A DNA stretch of 64,000 nt. It comes from an uncultured Verrucomicrobiae bacterium. Lineage in GTDB: Bacteria > Verrucomicrobiota > Verrucomicrobiia > Limisphaerales > Palsa-1400. Each line of letters begins with the position of its first letter. Within the stretch, counting starts at the first letter, position 1. Below, one piece after another: positions 63,523-64,000 of the stretch. The notes beneath the pieces were generated by a model, which worked only from the letters and a program-made list of their open reading frames with translations, ran no database searches and was not told the DNA's origin. The position numbers were made by a program, and so were the translations under genes. The stretch lies in the NCBI GenBank assembly GCA_963702845.1, contig OY969763.1, positions 1,408,001 to 1,472,000 of the forward strand, written 5' to 3'.

Positions 63523-64000
63523 ATGACACAAAAATCTGCATCACTTTTCGACTGGAAAATCGTCGGGCCGGCCATTGGCGATTCGTTTAAGAAGCTGAAT
63601 CCGAGGTTGATGATCAAGAACCCGGTGATGTTCGTGACCATGGTGGGCGCGGCACTGACAACGGCTGGCATTTTCACGACAGAAAAATCGCTGCGCGGGT
63701 TTGTCGTGCAATTGGCGATTTGGCTGTGGTTCACGGTGTTGTTTGCCAATTTCGCGGAAGCCGTCGCGGAAGGACGCGGGAAAGCCCAAGCGGCGAGTTT
63801 GAGAAAAGCCCGCAAGGAAACAATCGCGCGGCGGCTCCGCAACGGTCGTGAGGAACTGGTGCCCGCGCCTGATTTGCTGAAGGGCGATCAAGTAGTATGC
63901 GAAGCTGGCGACGTGATTCCGGCGGATGGCGACGTCGTGGAAGGCATCGCGAGCGTGGATGAAGCGGCGATTACAGGCGAGTCCGCGCCCGTGATTCGCG
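63523..64000 (+). CDS. kdpB: K+-transporting ATPase subunit B (3' end outside window)
   Basis: KLNPR..IKNPVMFV, WLWFTVLFANFAEAVAEGRGKAQA, VDEAAITGESAPVIR. Confidence 0.97.
   Translation, partial: MTQKSASLFDWKIVGPAIGDSFKKLNPRLMIKNPVMFVTMVGAALTTAGIFTTEKSLRGFVVQLAIWLWFTVLFANFAEAVAEGRGKAQAASLRKARKETIARRLRNGREELVPAPDLLKGDQVVCEAGDVIPADGDVVEGIASVDEAAITGESAPVIR

Overview
This 64-kb window is bacterial chromosome, most consistent with Verrucomicrobiota of the Pedosphaera/Limisphaerales type; that assignment is inferred from protein style and gene content. In order it contains: (1) the rplB-to-rpsE part of the S10/spc ribosomal-protein cluster on the minus strand, starting at rplB with its own promoter and leader, with no rpsJ-rplC-rplD-rplW upstream; (2) a secreted multidomain sulfatase and a 5'-incomplete delta-60-repeat protein; (3) a ~10-kb Wzx/Wzy polysaccharide cluster with two methyltransferases; (4) a ferredoxin and a nuoB-N complex I cluster that lacks nuoA and has an antisense tRNA-Gln(CUG) between nuoE and nuoF; (5) a PlcP-like phosphoesterase paired with a GT28 glycolipid synthase, then katG; (6) rhaA with a sugar ABC transporter; (7) mscS, a Tat TIM-barrel protein, a gingipain(C25)-like secreted protein, hisD-hisC, MFS and POT transporters and a YlbF-family gene; (8) two near-identical ~48-nt promoter-seed-terminator units (candidate twin sRNAs) with conserved upstream boxes; (9) an NHL protein, rpe, a phosphohexomutase and the start of a kdp operon. 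Many single-base frameshifts fall in essential genes and look like consensus indel errors. The best novelty candidates are the twin sRNA locus at 57.4-57.85 kb and a C-terminal domain shared by three unrelated extracellular-type proteins.
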